From an uncultured Planctomycetaceae bacterium (GTDB lineage: Bacteria; Planctomycetota; Phycisphaerae; SM23-33), in contig CAZTVF010000005.1 in assembly GCA_964616985.1 (NCBI GenBank), positions 6,771 through 70,770 on the forward strand: a stretch of DNA of 64,000 bases, in the 5' to 3' direction. Below the pieces are notes generated by a model. It saw only the letters and a program-made list of their open reading frames with translations. It searched no databases and was not told the origin of the DNA. Positions 54,231-63,768 of the stretch are shown here, one piece after another. Made by a program: the position numbers and the translations under genes. Position 1 is the first letter of the stretch. Each line of letters starts with the position of its first letter.

Positions 54231-55313
54231 ATGGGAGCCCCCGGGAACGTTCAGCACGTGAAGGTGTATTCGGAGCAGGGCAAGTTTGCCGGCTGGCCGG
54301 CCAACAGCGGCCTGTGGGCCTGGGGCAACGAACTGCTGGTCGGCTTCGCGTTGGCCGATCACGACGAAAGCCAGAAAGGCCACAAATACGCCTACCAGAC
54401 GGCGCGTCAGCAGTTTGCCCGCAGCCTCGACGGCGGCCAGACATGGACGCTCGAGGACGCATTCGGATGCGGGATCACGGCCCTGTCGCAGGACCACGTC
54501 GCCGTCGCCAACGCCGCCGCGCCGGGGGATTGCCCCGGCAACTGCGACTTCACCCACCCGGATTTCGCGATGACCTTTCGCCGGGCCAACGATGTAGACG
54601 GCCGATCGCATTTCTATGTGACGAGCGACCGTGGCCGGGCCTGGAAGGGGCCGTACGCATTTCCAAACCTGGGCAATCCGGGCATGCTCGCACGCACCGA
54701 CTATTTTGTTGAAGGCCCCCGCGCGATGCTGGCGATGTTGACGGCGTCCAAGACGAACCGCCAGGAAGGGCGCGTCGGCTGCGCCCGCACCTGCGACGGC
54801 GGCCGCTCGTGGCAGTGGGTTTCGTGGGTGGATGAGGAGCCCAAAGGTTACGCGATCATGCCGGCGACGGTGAGGCTGGCGACGGGGCGGCTGGTGTGCG
54901 TCGTGCGCCGCCGGGGCGATAATCGCTGCTGGCTGGCGGGCTACATCTCCGAAGACAACGCCGCGACCTGGCGGCGCATCGCCGACCCCGCTCCCCAGAC
55001 CGGGCACGGCGGCAGCCCCGCTGCGCTGGTCGTCTTGGCCGACGGCCGGCTGTGCCTCGCCTACGCCGTGCGGGGCACGAGCCCCCAGGACGCATCCCGC
55101 ATCTGCGTGCGGTTCAGTGCTGACGGCGGCGAAGGCTGGGGCGAGGAAATCGTCATTCGCGGCAACGATGGCGCGAACTGGGACATCGGCTATCCGCGGA
55201 TCGCACAACGCCCCGACGGCAAGGTGGTGGTATTGTATTACTACAATCACGGCTGGATCGAATCGCCCTCCTACCGCTACATCGCGGCGACACTGTTCGA
55301 TCCGCAAGCCTGA
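54231..55313 (+). CDS. BNR/Asp-box repeat exo-alpha-sialidase-like protein
   Basis: It has four Asp-box motifs (SLDGGQTW, TSDRGRAW, TCDGGRSW, SADGGEGW) and the RBS GAGGAGAG. Confidence 0.6.
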   Translation: MGAPGNVQHVKVYSEQGKFAGWPANSGLWAWGNELLVGFALADHDESQKGHKYAYQTARQQFARSLDGGQTWTLEDAFGCGITALSQDHVAVANAAAPGDCPGNCDFTHPDFAMTFRRANDVDGRSHFYVTSDRGRAWKGPYAFPNLGNPGMLARTDYFVEGPRAMLAMLTASKTNRQEGRVGCARTCDGGRSWQWVSWVDEEPKGYAIMPATVRLATGRLVCVVRRRGDNRCWLAGYISEDNAATWRRIADPAPQTGHGGSPAALVVLADGRLCLAYAVRGTSPQDASRICVRFSADGGEGWGEEIVIRGNDGANWDIGYPRIAQRPDGKVVVLYYYNHGWIESPSYRYIAATLFDPQA

Positions 55314-55360
55314 TCGCTGGTGGACCTGATTGCAGGAACGCCGTAGCCGGAGAACCCGAC

Positions 55361-57733
55361 ATGGAGAAGATTGTCTACTCACGTGAGGTGCCCGTCCGCT
55401 GGAATGTGGACGTGGCCGTCGTCGGGGGCGGCATGGCCGGCGTGTGCGCCGCCTGCGCCGCGGCCGATAGCGGCGCGACGGTGGCGCTGGTCGAACGCTT
55501 CGCCTCCACCGGGGGCATGATGACCAACGGCGGTGTCAACAACTTCAGCGGCGAGACGGGCGGGCAGGGCCGCGTTTTCGACGAGATCATCGCGCATCTC
55601 GGCGCCTTCGGCGCCATCGCGCCGTACAAGCCGTGGGTCCCTTTTGGCCCCGAGCGGGGCTTCGACCACGAGATCCTCAAGAGCGTGCTCCAGGAAGTCC
55701 TGCTGAGGCGGGGCGTGATGCTGCTGCTGCATAGCCGGTTTGTGGATGTGGCCGGGGCGGCCGACGGGCGGATCGACAGCGTTGTGCTGCGGGGCAATTC
55801 CGGCCCCGAGGCGTTGCGGGCGAAGCAGTTCATCGATTGCACCGGCGAGGGTGAGCTCGCCCACATGGCCGGCTGCGAGACGATGAAGGGGCGGCCGGGG
55901 GACGAGCTGCAGCTGCCGATGAGCCTGATGTATTTCGTGCGCGAGGTCGATGACGCGGACCGCGCCGCCCAAGTGCCCGAGGGCTGGCAGGAGCAGATCG
56001 TGGTCGAGGCCGACCTGCCGATGACCAGCATCTGGGCGAACGGCCCGCGCAGCAAGGCGATCAAGATCAAGGTGATCGGCCACGATTCGACCGACACCGA
56101 GAGCATCAGCCGGGCCGAGATCGCCGCCCGGCGTCGGATGCTGCAGGTGCTCGATTTCCACCAGCGGCGTTCGGGCAAGCCGTGGCGGCTGGCGTATGCC
56201 TCGCCCATCATCGGCATCCGCGAGGGGCGGCGGGTCGTCGGCGAGTACGTCCTCACCGAAGCCGATGTCCGCTCCGGGCGGGCCTTCGACGACGGCGTGG
56301 CCGTGGGGAGCTACTACCTCGACGCCCACGAGCCGACGACCGACAAACGTGTCAGCACGATCGCCGACCGGGAGCAGGCGCGGGTGCCCCCTTACCACAT
56401 CCCGCTGCGCAGCCTGGTCGCGCGGGACGCCCGCAACCTCTGGATGGCCGGGCGGAACATGTCGGCCGACTACTTCGCGCTCAGCTCGGCCCGCGTCTCG
56501 CCCACGTGTGCGATGATGGGCCAGGCCGCCGGCGTGGCGGCGGCCATCGCCGCACAGCGTGGTCTTGCGGCCCGCAACGTGCCGGCGGGGGAGGTGCGGC
56601 GGGTGCTGCTCGACCGCGACGCTAATCTGAACACCACTGGGCGCCCATCGTCGCCGCCACGGATCGCCAATCCCGGATATGACGCGAGCACCGCCCGCCC
56701 GCTGCCGGTCGAGCGGACGTGGCTGTATCAGCCGGCGACTGAATGGACCTATTCCCACCACCCGCACCTGGCCCACTTCAATGGCCGCTATGTGGCCGTG
56801 TGGTCCAATGGGCGGCAGGATGAGGACGGGCCCGGCCAGCGCGTGCTTTGCGCCACTTCGACCGACTTCCGCCAATGGACGACGCCGACGCCGCTGCTGG
56901 ATACGCAGCCGGGCAAGCATACGGAACTGGTGCTGACCGCGGCGGGGCTCCATCGGCACGCGGGCAACCTCGTCGCGTACATCGCCTGCTACGAGTGGTG
57001 CCCCGACGCCCTGGTCGACGGCCGGCGGCAGAAGGGCATCCGGAAGCACTTCGACAAGACGCTGCTGACGATGACGACGGCCGACGGCGTGCACTGGGCG
57101 GGGCCCGCGGATCTGCAGATGGGCATCGTGCCCAACCATGGCCCGCAGCGCACGGCGTCGGGCAGGCTCATCATCAGTTGTGATAGCACGTTCCCATTCA
57201 CGGACGACCAGGCGGGGCTGGGCGGGTGGCAGATGAGCGGCATCCGCCCGTGCGACATGCCGCCGGGCGTTCACCTGTGCGAAGGGTCGTTCTACCAGAC
57301 CGACGACGGCGTGCTGCACATGCTGCTCCGCAGCGACACCGCCCGCTTGTGGCTGACCGAGAGCCGCGACGACGGCGTGACGTGGTCGGCGCCGGTGCCC
57401 ACGCAATTCACCGACAACGCCACCAAGTTCCACTTCGGTCGCCTGCCGGATGGGCGATTCTACTACGTCGGTTGTCCGGATCCCGAGCCGCCATGGCAAC
57501 GTTGTCCGCTGGTGCTGTCGCTGTCGCGTGACGGCGTCCAGTTCAGCCGTCACTTCATTCTCGCCGGCGCCGACACGCCCTACACCCGCCGCCGCGACGG
57601 CGTGTGCAAGGGCGGCGACTACGGCTACCCCCACACGCTGATCCACGGCGATGCGCTGCACGTCATCGTCTCGCGACGCAAGGAAGCCGTCGAAGTGTTG
57701 AGCGTGCCGCTGGCGGCCCTGGGCGCTGAGTGA
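55361..57733 (+). CDS. fusion protein: N-terminal FAD-dependent oxidoreductase domain plus C-terminal BNR/sialidase-like domain
   Basis: The N-terminus VDVAVVGGGMAGVCAACAAADSGATVALVERF...GQAAGVAAAIAAQ is homologous to the stand-alone FAD protein at 33360-34769. The C-terminus has Asp-boxes (TTADGVHW, SRDDGVTW, SLSRDGVQF). It is one uninterrupted 790-aa ORF. Confidence 0.55.
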   Translation: MEKIVYSREVPVRWNVDVAVVGGGMAGVCAACAAADSGATVALVERFASTGGMMTNGGVNNFSGETGGQGRVFDEIIAHLGAFGAIAPYKPWVPFGPERGFDHEILKSVLQEVLLRRGVMLLLHSRFVDVAGAADGRIDSVVLRGNSGPEALRAKQFIDCTGEGELAHMAGCETMKGRPGDELQLPMSLMYFVREVDDADRAAQVPEGWQEQIVVEADLPMTSIWANGPRSKAIKIKVIGHDSTDTESISRAEIAARRRMLQVLDFHQRRSGKPWRLAYASPIIGIREGRRVVGEYVLTEADVRSGRAFDDGVAVGSYYLDAHEPTTDKRVSTIADREQARVPPYHIPLRSLVARDARNLWMAGRNMSADYFALSSARVSPTCAMMGQAAGVAAAIAAQRGLAARNVPAGEVRRVLLDRDANLNTTGRPSSPPRIANPGYDASTARPLPVERTWLYQPATEWTYSHHPHLAHFNGRYVAVWSNGRQDEDGPGQRVLCATSTDFRQWTTPTPLLDTQPGKHTELVLTAAGLHRHAGNLVAYIACYEWCPDALVDGRRQKGIRKHFDKTLLTMTTADGVHWAGPADLQMGIVPNHGPQRTASGRLIISCDSTFPFTDDQAGLGGWQMSGIRPCDMPPGVHLCEGSFYQTDDGVLHMLLRSDTARLWLTESRDDGVTWSAPVPTQFTDNATKFHFGRLPDGRFYYVGCPDPEPPWQRCPLVLSLSRDGVQFSRHFILAGADTPYTRRRDGVCKGGDYGYPHTLIHGDALHVIVSRRKEAVEVLSVPLAALGAE

Positions 57734-58067
57734 TGACCGTGCCTGCCGGGCAGGACGTTACCGGTGGGAACTTTGCCATAGCTCCCGGATGCGTTGGGCG
57801 ATGCCGATGTAGTCGTCGAAGCTGGATGGCTTGAGCAGGTATGCCCCTTCCTGCAGGTCGAAGAGGGAGACGAGGTCGCAGTCGACGACCCCGACGGTGA
57901 CATCGGTCGTCGGCCGCACGCGGGTGGCTCGCGAACGCGGCCTCTGGCGATCGACGATGCCCAATGCGGGGGCGCTTCCACTTGTCGACAACAACTCTCC
58001 GCGCGGAGCGTACAGAGGAGTGTGCCGGTAGGATTGCGGCACACCGACATCAACAACGACTGGGGCA

Positions 58068-59024
58068 ATGATGAACGGCGCTCACGTATTCAAGGTCCTT
58101 TTGGTCGAGGACAACCCGGGGGACGCCCGCCTGATTGAGATGGCTCTCAGAACGCCGGCGGCTGCATTCCGTCTGATTCACGTCGAGACCCTGGCCGCAG
58201 CCTTGAAGGAGATCCGCCAGTCGCCATATGACTTGGTCCTGCTGGACCTGCATCTTCCCGACAGCGATGGCAGCGAGACCTACGAGAATATTCTGGCCGG
58301 TACGCATCAGGTGCCGATCGTCGTCCTGACCAGCCAGGAGGACGATGTGCTCGCGATGAAAGCAATCGCCGCCGGGGTGCAGGACTACCTGGTCAAAGGC
58401 TCAATCAGCGAATTCGCGATGAGGCGATGTCTACGCTACGCGCGGGAACGTAAGCGACTGGAATTGGAGCTCCAGAAGGCGAACGAGACCCTTGAGCAGC
58501 GCGTGAAGGAGCGGACGGCCGAACTGGAGAAATCGGTCACGCTGCTGGGCCAGGAGATGACCGAGCACACCCGCGCCGACGAAGAGGCCGAGGAGGCCCG
58601 GAAGCGGTTCTACGAGATTCTCGACGAACTGCCCATGGTGTTCTGGATCGCCAGCGCCGACTCCATGCAGACCATCCATTGCAGCCGCCACTATGAAGAA
58701 GTCACCGGCCGCTCCTCCGACTCGTCCGGCAACCGCGGCTGGGCCGAAGCGATCCATCCCGACGACCGACCGGCGGTAGTGGCCGAGTTCGACAATTGGC
58801 TTCACCAGGCCCAGAGGGGCCATATGCCTCCCCTGGAGCAGAGCTTCCGAGTTCAGGGCGTCAACGGCCGCACGTTGCCGTTCCGCTGCCGCACGTTCGG
58901 CATCTGGGAGGCCAACGGGTCGCTCCGGTACATCTGCGGGATCGGCGAAGAGCGACCCGTCGAGGAAGCAGCCGGGGGCACGGCGTCCCGCTGGCAGAAA
59001 CTGAGACACGTTCTTTCGAAGTAG
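58068..59024 (+). CDS. response regulator with REC receiver domain plus PAS domain
   Basis: The REC domain reads KVLLVEDNPGDARLIEMAL...DLVLLDLHLPDSDG...PIVVLTSQEDDVLAMKAIAAGVQDYLVKG. A coiled-coil linker and a PAS-like C-terminus follow (MVFWIASADSMQTIHCSRHYEEVTG). Confidence 0.7.
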   Translation: MMNGAHVFKVLLVEDNPGDARLIEMALRTPAAAFRLIHVETLAAALKEIRQSPYDLVLLDLHLPDSDGSETYENILAGTHQVPIVVLTSQEDDVLAMKAIAAGVQDYLVKGSISEFAMRRCLRYARERKRLELELQKANETLEQRVKERTAELEKSVTLLGQEMTEHTRADEEAEEARKRFYEILDELPMVFWIASADSMQTIHCSRHYEEVTGRSSDSSGNRGWAEAIHPDDRPAVVAEFDNWLHQAQRGHMPPLEQSFRVQGVNGRTLPFRCRTFGIWEANGSLRYICGIGEERPVEEAAGGTASRWQKLRHVLSK

Positions 59025-59094
59025 GTGGTGAACTGCCGATGACGCCCGGCCGCGACGCGTCACACCCCCGACAAAATCACATTCGGCCCCCGAC

Positions 59095-59141
59095 AGCGGG
59101 CGATGGGATTCGAACCCACGACAGCTAGCTTGGAAGGCTAT
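59095..59141 (-). other. tRNA-Gly(UCC) 3'-half remnant (anticodon stem-loop through discriminator); candidate att site of an integrated element
   Basis: The minus strand reads ATAGC-CTTCCAA-GCTAG / CTGTC / GTGGG-TTCGAAT-CCCAT / CGCCCGC-T. That is an anticodon loop with UCC, a canonical T-loop, and the Gly-type acceptor CGCCCGC+U. No D-arm or 5' acceptor strand lies upstream, so it is a fragment. Confidence 0.5.
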
Positions 59142-59324
59142 GAGCATAGCGCGCAAGGGGATGAATCCACCGATACTTGCAGCGCGGCCCCCGGCAGTGC
59201 CAACCAATCTGCCAACCATTCCGCGCAAGAACTGGCCGAAATCGTCAAGGCTTGGCCTACGCTCCCCGACGCCGTCAAGGCTGGTATCCTGGCGATGGTC
59301 AAGGCCAGCGGGACGGCGAGGTGA

Positions 59325-59730
59325 GACCGTGAGGACGCCGACGCCAACGACTGGCCCAGACCAAGGCAGAACCCGCGGCAGCAATGGCCGCTTTCGCAAA
59401 GGCAACCCCGGCGGGCCGGGCAACCCTCACGTCGGCAGCGTCGCGGCCTTTCGGGCCGCGCTCTTCGAGGTCGTAACCGAGAAGGACATCGTGGCCGTCT
59501 GGCGGAAGCTTGTAGCCCTGGCCAAGGCCGGCGAGCCCTGGGCCATCAAGGAGTTCCTGGACAGGACGCTGGGCAAGGCCGTGCAGGCGGCTGAGGTGCG
59601 CGATGAGCCCGATGAGGAGAAGCGGTCCGTGAGGACCTGGGCCGAGATCATGCGACCCTACACGAATATTCGCCTGCCCCTGCCGCCAGGCGTGCCGCGT
59701 CCCCACCCAGGCCCAGAACGCCGGGCATGA
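59325..59730 (+). CDS. phage/mobile-element-type small protein (DUF5681 / terminase-small-subunit-like Gly-Pro box), hypothetical
   Basis: FRKGNPGGPGNPH resembles the KGxSGNPxGRP box of that family, from memory. It is followed by DIVAVWRKLVALAKAGEPWAIKEFLDRTLGK. A possible GTG start lies just after the stop of a 73-aa ORF (59103-59324, ...ELAEIVKAWPTLPDAVKAGILAMVKA). Confidence 0.3.
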
Positions 59731-60079
59731 CCACCCCTGTCGCACCCCTATGTCATCATGCGGCTGTCTCGAGCTTGCGGGCTGAGCCAGTTTGATGGAT
59801 AATCCCCCGGCCACCAGTCTTCGTGATTGCCGGGGAACATAGTTTTCGAACGAGTCGGCAGCGAAGTACGGGGCCTCAAGGCCGCTATGCAATGACAACT
59901 GCCTACCATGCACGCTATTACGCCTTCAGATACAGCCAGTAGCGCCGTCCTGCGCGAATGGCTGCGGGACGTGATCGGCTCGCAGAAACGATCCGGCGCA
60001 GCTGGAAGTGTTTGTCGGTTGCGGCGGCCAGGTCTTTCCGGCGGGAACACCCCGCTCTTGAAGTGATGAACAAGAAGGA

Positions 60080-62389
60080 GTGAAGTGGATCGTGGATCAA
60101 ACAATGCAAAACAAGATCGTCTCCTTCATCTGGGGCATCGCCGACGATGTGCTGCGCGACCTGTTCAAACGCGGTAAGTATCCGGACGTGATCCTGCCGA
60201 TGTGCGTCATCCGACGCATGGACGCGGTGCTCGAACCGACCAAACAAGAGGTGCTCGGCACCAAGAAGATGCTGGACGAGAGCGGCATTACCGAGCAGCG
60301 CGCGGCCCTCTGCGAGGCGGCGGGACAGGCCTTTTACAACACCTCGCGCTTCACCCTGCGCGACCTGAAGTCGCGCGGCAGCCAGCAGCAACTCCTTGCC
60401 GACTTCGAGGACTATCTCAACGGCTTCTCGCCCAACGTCCAGGACATCATCGAAAACTTCAAATTCCGCAACCAGCTATCCACACTGTCGAAGGCCGATG
60501 CACTGGGTACGCTGATCAGCAAGTTTCTCGACCCCGATATTGACCTCTCCCCGGCCGGCATCGACAACCACTCGATGGGCACGGTCTTTGAGGAGCTGGT
60601 CCGCAAGTTCAACGAGGAGAACAACGAAGAGGCGGGCGAGCACTGGACGCCGCGCGATGCCGTGCGGCTGATGGCGAACCTCGTCTTCCTGCCAATCGAG
60701 GCGAAGCTCAAATCCGGCACCTACCTGCTCTACGACTGCGCGTGCGGCACCGGCGGCATGCTGACCGTGGCGGAGGAGACGCTCACGGCCATCGGCGCGA
60801 AGCGTAAGCGGCAGATCAAAAGCCTCCTCTACGGCCAGGAGATCAACCCCGAGACCTATGCTGTCTGCAAGGCGGACATGCTGCTCAAAGGCGAAGGCGA
60901 GAGCGCCGACCACATCGTCGGCGGCGCGGAATGGTCCACGCTCCAGCACGACGCCTTCCCGGCGCAGGAGTTCGACTTCATGCTCGCCAACCCGCCCTAT
61001 GGCAAGAGCTGGAAGAAGGACCTCGAAGCGATGGGTGGCAAGGATGGCATGCGCGACCCGCGGTTCAAGGTGATGCTCGCCGACGAGGAGTTGTCGCTCG
61101 TCACCCGCTCCAGCGACGGGCAGATGCTCTTTCTGGCCAACATGGCGTCGAAAATGAACGGCAGGTCGGCACTGGGCAGCCGCATCGCCGAGGTCCACAA
61201 CGGCAGCTCGCTCTTCACCGGCGACGCGGGCCAGGGCGAGAGCAACATCCGCCGCTGGCTCATTGAGAACGACTGGCTGGAGGCCATCGTCGCCCTGCCG
61301 CTCAACCTCTTCTACAACACCGGCATCGCCACCTACATCTGGGTGCTGTCGAACAGGAAGCCCGAGCATCGCAAGGGCCAGGTCCAGCTTATCGATGCGA
61401 CCCAGTGGTTCAAGCCGCTTCGCAAGAACCTCGGCAAGAAAAACTGCGAGCTCTCGCCCGAAGATATCGAACGTATCAGCCGCACCTTCCTTGAGTTTAA
61501 GGAAACGCCCGAGTCGAAGAGATTCGTCAACGCCGCCTTCGGGTACTGGAAGGTCACGGTCGAGCGCCCGCTGCGCCTGCACAGCCAGCTCTCGCTCAAG
61601 GCCATCGAGACGCTGCGGTTCGCCTCCGGCGACGAAGACGTGCGCGCCGCACTCTATGAGGAGTTCGGCGACGACCTCTTCACGAAGTTCGCCAAGATCT
61701 CTTCCTCGCTGGAAAAACGCCTCGCTGACTGGGGCGACGATGAGGACGACGATGAAGAGGGCGGCAGCGCCAAGAAGGGCATGCCCGAGAAGAAGAAAAA
61801 GAAACTGCTCGACCCCAGGACCTGGGAGCGAGACGGGCGCCTCGTCGAGACGGCCACGGCACTTCGCACGGCGCTGGGCGATAAGCTCTTTAAGGATCAT
61901 AACATCTTCCGCGATCGCGTGGATGCCGCGATCGAGAAGGTCGACCTCAAGCTCCCCGCCGGCGACCTGAAGCAGATACTCAAGGCCGTGAGCTGGCGAG
62001 TCGAGACCGCGCCGCCGGTGATCGCCAAGGTCCACAGGCCGGGCAAGGCGACGGTGGATCCGCTGCACGGCCGCTACGCCTCGCCCGTCGGCGACCCGAA
62101 ACTCGTGCTGGAATACGAACCCGACTCCGATCTGCGCGACACCGAGCAGGTGCCGCTCCTGGAAGAAGGCGGCATCGAGGCCTTCTTCCGCCGCGAGGTG
62201 CTGCCGTACACGCCCGACGCGTGGATCAAGGAGGACGCCACGAAGATCGGCTACGAGGTGAGCTTCACCCGCCATTTCTACAAGCCGCCGCCGCTGCGCA
62301 CGCTGGAGGAGATTAGCGCCGACATCCTCGCCATCGAGAAAGAGGCCGGGGGGCTGCTGGATGGGCTATTGAAGGGGGTCGCGAGGTGA
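60080..62389 (+). CDS. hsdM: type I restriction-modification system DNA methyltransferase subunit HsdM
   Basis: It has the HsdM N-terminal domain (IVSFIWGIADDVLRDLFKRGKYPDVILPM), the SAM-binding motif LLYDCACGTGGML, and the catalytic FDFMLANPPYG (NPPY). It runs 769 aa with an acidic C-terminal insert. The start is ambiguous (GTG 60080 or 60092, ATG 60104). Confidence 0.85.
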   Translation: MKWIVDQTMQNKIVSFIWGIADDVLRDLFKRGKYPDVILPMCVIRRMDAVLEPTKQEVLGTKKMLDESGITEQRAALCEAAGQAFYNTSRFTLRDLKSRGSQQQLLADFEDYLNGFSPNVQDIIENFKFRNQLSTLSKADALGTLISKFLDPDIDLSPAGIDNHSMGTVFEELVRKFNEENNEEAGEHWTPRDAVRLMANLVFLPIEAKLKSGTYLLYDCACGTGGMLTVAEETLTAIGAKRKRQIKSLLYGQEINPETYAVCKADMLLKGEGESADHIVGGAEWSTLQHDAFPAQEFDFMLANPPYGKSWKKDLEAMGGKDGMRDPRFKVMLADEELSLVTRSSDGQMLFLANMASKMNGRSALGSRIAEVHNGSSLFTGDAGQGESNIRRWLIENDWLEAIVALPLNLFYNTGIATYIWVLSNRKPEHRKGQVQLIDATQWFKPLRKNLGKKNCELSPEDIERISRTFLEFKETPESKRFVNAAFGYWKVTVERPLRLHSQLSLKAIETLRFASGDEDVRAALYEEFGDDLFTKFAKISSSLEKRLADWGDDEDDDEEGGSAKKGMPEKKKKKLLDPRTWERDGRLVETATALRTALGDKLFKDHNIFRDRVDAAIEKVDLKLPAGDLKQILKAVSWRVETAPPVIAKVHRPGKATVDPLHGRYASPVGDPKLVLEYEPDSDLRDTEQVPLLEEGGIEAFFRREVLPYTPDAWIKEDATKIGYEVSFTRHFYKPPPLRTLEEISADILAIEKEAGGLLDGLLKGVAR

Positions 62390-63768
62390 TCGCCGATCTC
62401 AAGCCATATCCGGAATACAAGGAGTCGGGGTTGCCCTGGCTTGGTGGAATCCCGCGGCATTGGGACGCCGGGCCGGGTTTCGCGGCTTTCCGTGAAAAGC
62501 AGGTCAAGAATACCGGGATGCGAGAGAAGACCGTGCTCTCGTTGAGCTACGGTCGCATCGTGGTGAAACCGCCCGAGAAACTGCACGGCCTCGTGCCGGA
62601 ATCTTTTGAGACCTACCAGGTTGTTGACCCCGGCGACATCATCATCCGCTCGACTGATCTGCAGAATGACTGGAACAGCCTGCGGGTTGGGCTTGTTCGC
62701 AATCGCGGCATCATTACATCCGCCTATCTTTGCTTCCGCACGACGGGTACGCTCCATCCTGAATACGGCTACCAGCTTCTTCATGCCTTCGATTTGATGA
62801 AGGTGTTTTATGGCTTGGGCTCGGGCCTGCGCCAGAATCTTGATTTCGGCGACTTCAAGCGGATGCTCATATTCTTGCCATCGCCCGCGGAGCAGGCGGC
62901 GATTGTGCGGTTTCTGGACTGGGCGAACGGGCGGCTGGAGCGGGCGATCCGGGCGAAGCGAAAGGTGATCACGCTGCTCACGGAGCAGAAGCAGGCCATC
63001 ATCCACCGCGCCGTCACCCGCGGCCTCGACCCCTCCGTTCCCCTCAAACCATCCGGCATCCCCTGGCTCGGGGACATTCCGCAGCATTGGGAGATTTCGC
63101 GCAGCAGGAGGCTGTTTTCTGCTCGAAAAAATCTTGCATTGCCCGACGACGTGCAACTTTCAGCAACTCAGGCATATGGGGTGATTCCACAGGCTGACTT
63201 TGAAAAGAAGGTCGGGCGACGAGTTGTAAAAATCTCTATGCATTTGGAGAAGCGTCGTCACGTTGAAAGAGATGATTTCGTTATCAGCATGAGGAGCTTT
63301 CAGGGAGGGCTCGAACGTGCATGGGCGCCAGGAGCCATCAGGTCCTCATACGTCGTTTTGAAGTCAGAGCAGAACGTTGATGTTGGTTTTTTCGCCTACC
63401 TATTCAAATCACGCGGCTATATCGGCGCCTTGCAGGCAACTGCCGATTTCATTCGAGACGGACAAGACCTCAATTTCGGGAATTTTTGCCGAGTCGATCT
63501 ACCATTGATCCCGCTAGAGGAGCAGAGGACAATCGCGCAGTTCATTGCCAGCGCGACGGTGGGTATCGACACAACTCGTTTCCGCCTCGAACGCGAGATC
63601 GAGCTCCTCCGCGAATACCGCACCCGCCTCGTCGCCGACGTAGTGACCGGCAAACTCGATGTGCGCGAGGCAGCCGCGCGGTTGCCCGAGGAGCCCACTC
63701 CCGACGCCGCGGTTTCCGACGAAGATTTGCCCGACGACGTGGAACTTGAACCCGAGGCCACCGAATGA
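62386..63768 (+). CDS. hsdS: type I restriction-modification specificity subunit HsdS (two target-recognition domains)
   Basis: It has conserved HsdS spacer regions (LPSPAEQAAIVRFLDWANGRLERAIRAKRKVITLLTEQKQAIIHRAVTRG and LPLIPLEEQRTIAQFIASATVGIDTTRFRLEREIELLREYRTRLVADVVTGKLDV) around two TRDs. It overlaps hsdM by ATGA. Confidence 0.8.
   Translation: MIADLKPYPEYKESGLPWLGGIPRHWDAGPGFAAFREKQVKNTGMREKTVLSLSYGRIVVKPPEKLHGLVPESFETYQVVDPGDIIIRSTDLQNDWNSLRVGLVRNRGIITSAYLCFRTTGTLHPEYGYQLLHAFDLMKVFYGLGSGLRQNLDFGDFKRMLIFLPSPAEQAAIVRFLDWANGRLERAIRAKRKVITLLTEQKQAIIHRAVTRGLDPSVPLKPSGIPWLGDIPQHWEISRSRRLFSARKNLALPDDVQLSATQAYGVIPQADFEKKVGRRVVKISMHLEKRRHVERDDFVISMRSFQGGLERAWAPGAIRSSYVVLKSEQNVDVGFFAYLFKSRGYIGALQATADFIRDGQDLNFGNFCRVDLPLIPLEEQRTIAQFIASATVGIDTTRFRLEREIELLREYRTRLVADVVTGKLDVREAAARLPEEPTPDAAVSDEDLPDDVELEPEATE

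Noticed and set aside
59060-59160. A complete tRNA gene at the tRNA-like sequence.
   Set aside because: Only the anticodon arm, variable loop, T-arm and 3' acceptor strand are present. The 13 nt upstream cannot form a D-arm or pair as a 5' acceptor strand. It is therefore annotated as a 3'-half remnant.
59748-60104. 118-aa minus-strand ORF upstream of hsdM, plus the 73-aa ORF at 59103-59324.
   Set aside because: The first has no motif, overlaps the hsdM start region and has a biased composition. The 73-aa ORF has a plausible amphipathic C-terminus but begins antisense to the tRNA fragment. Both are kept only as low-confidence possibilities in the island finding.
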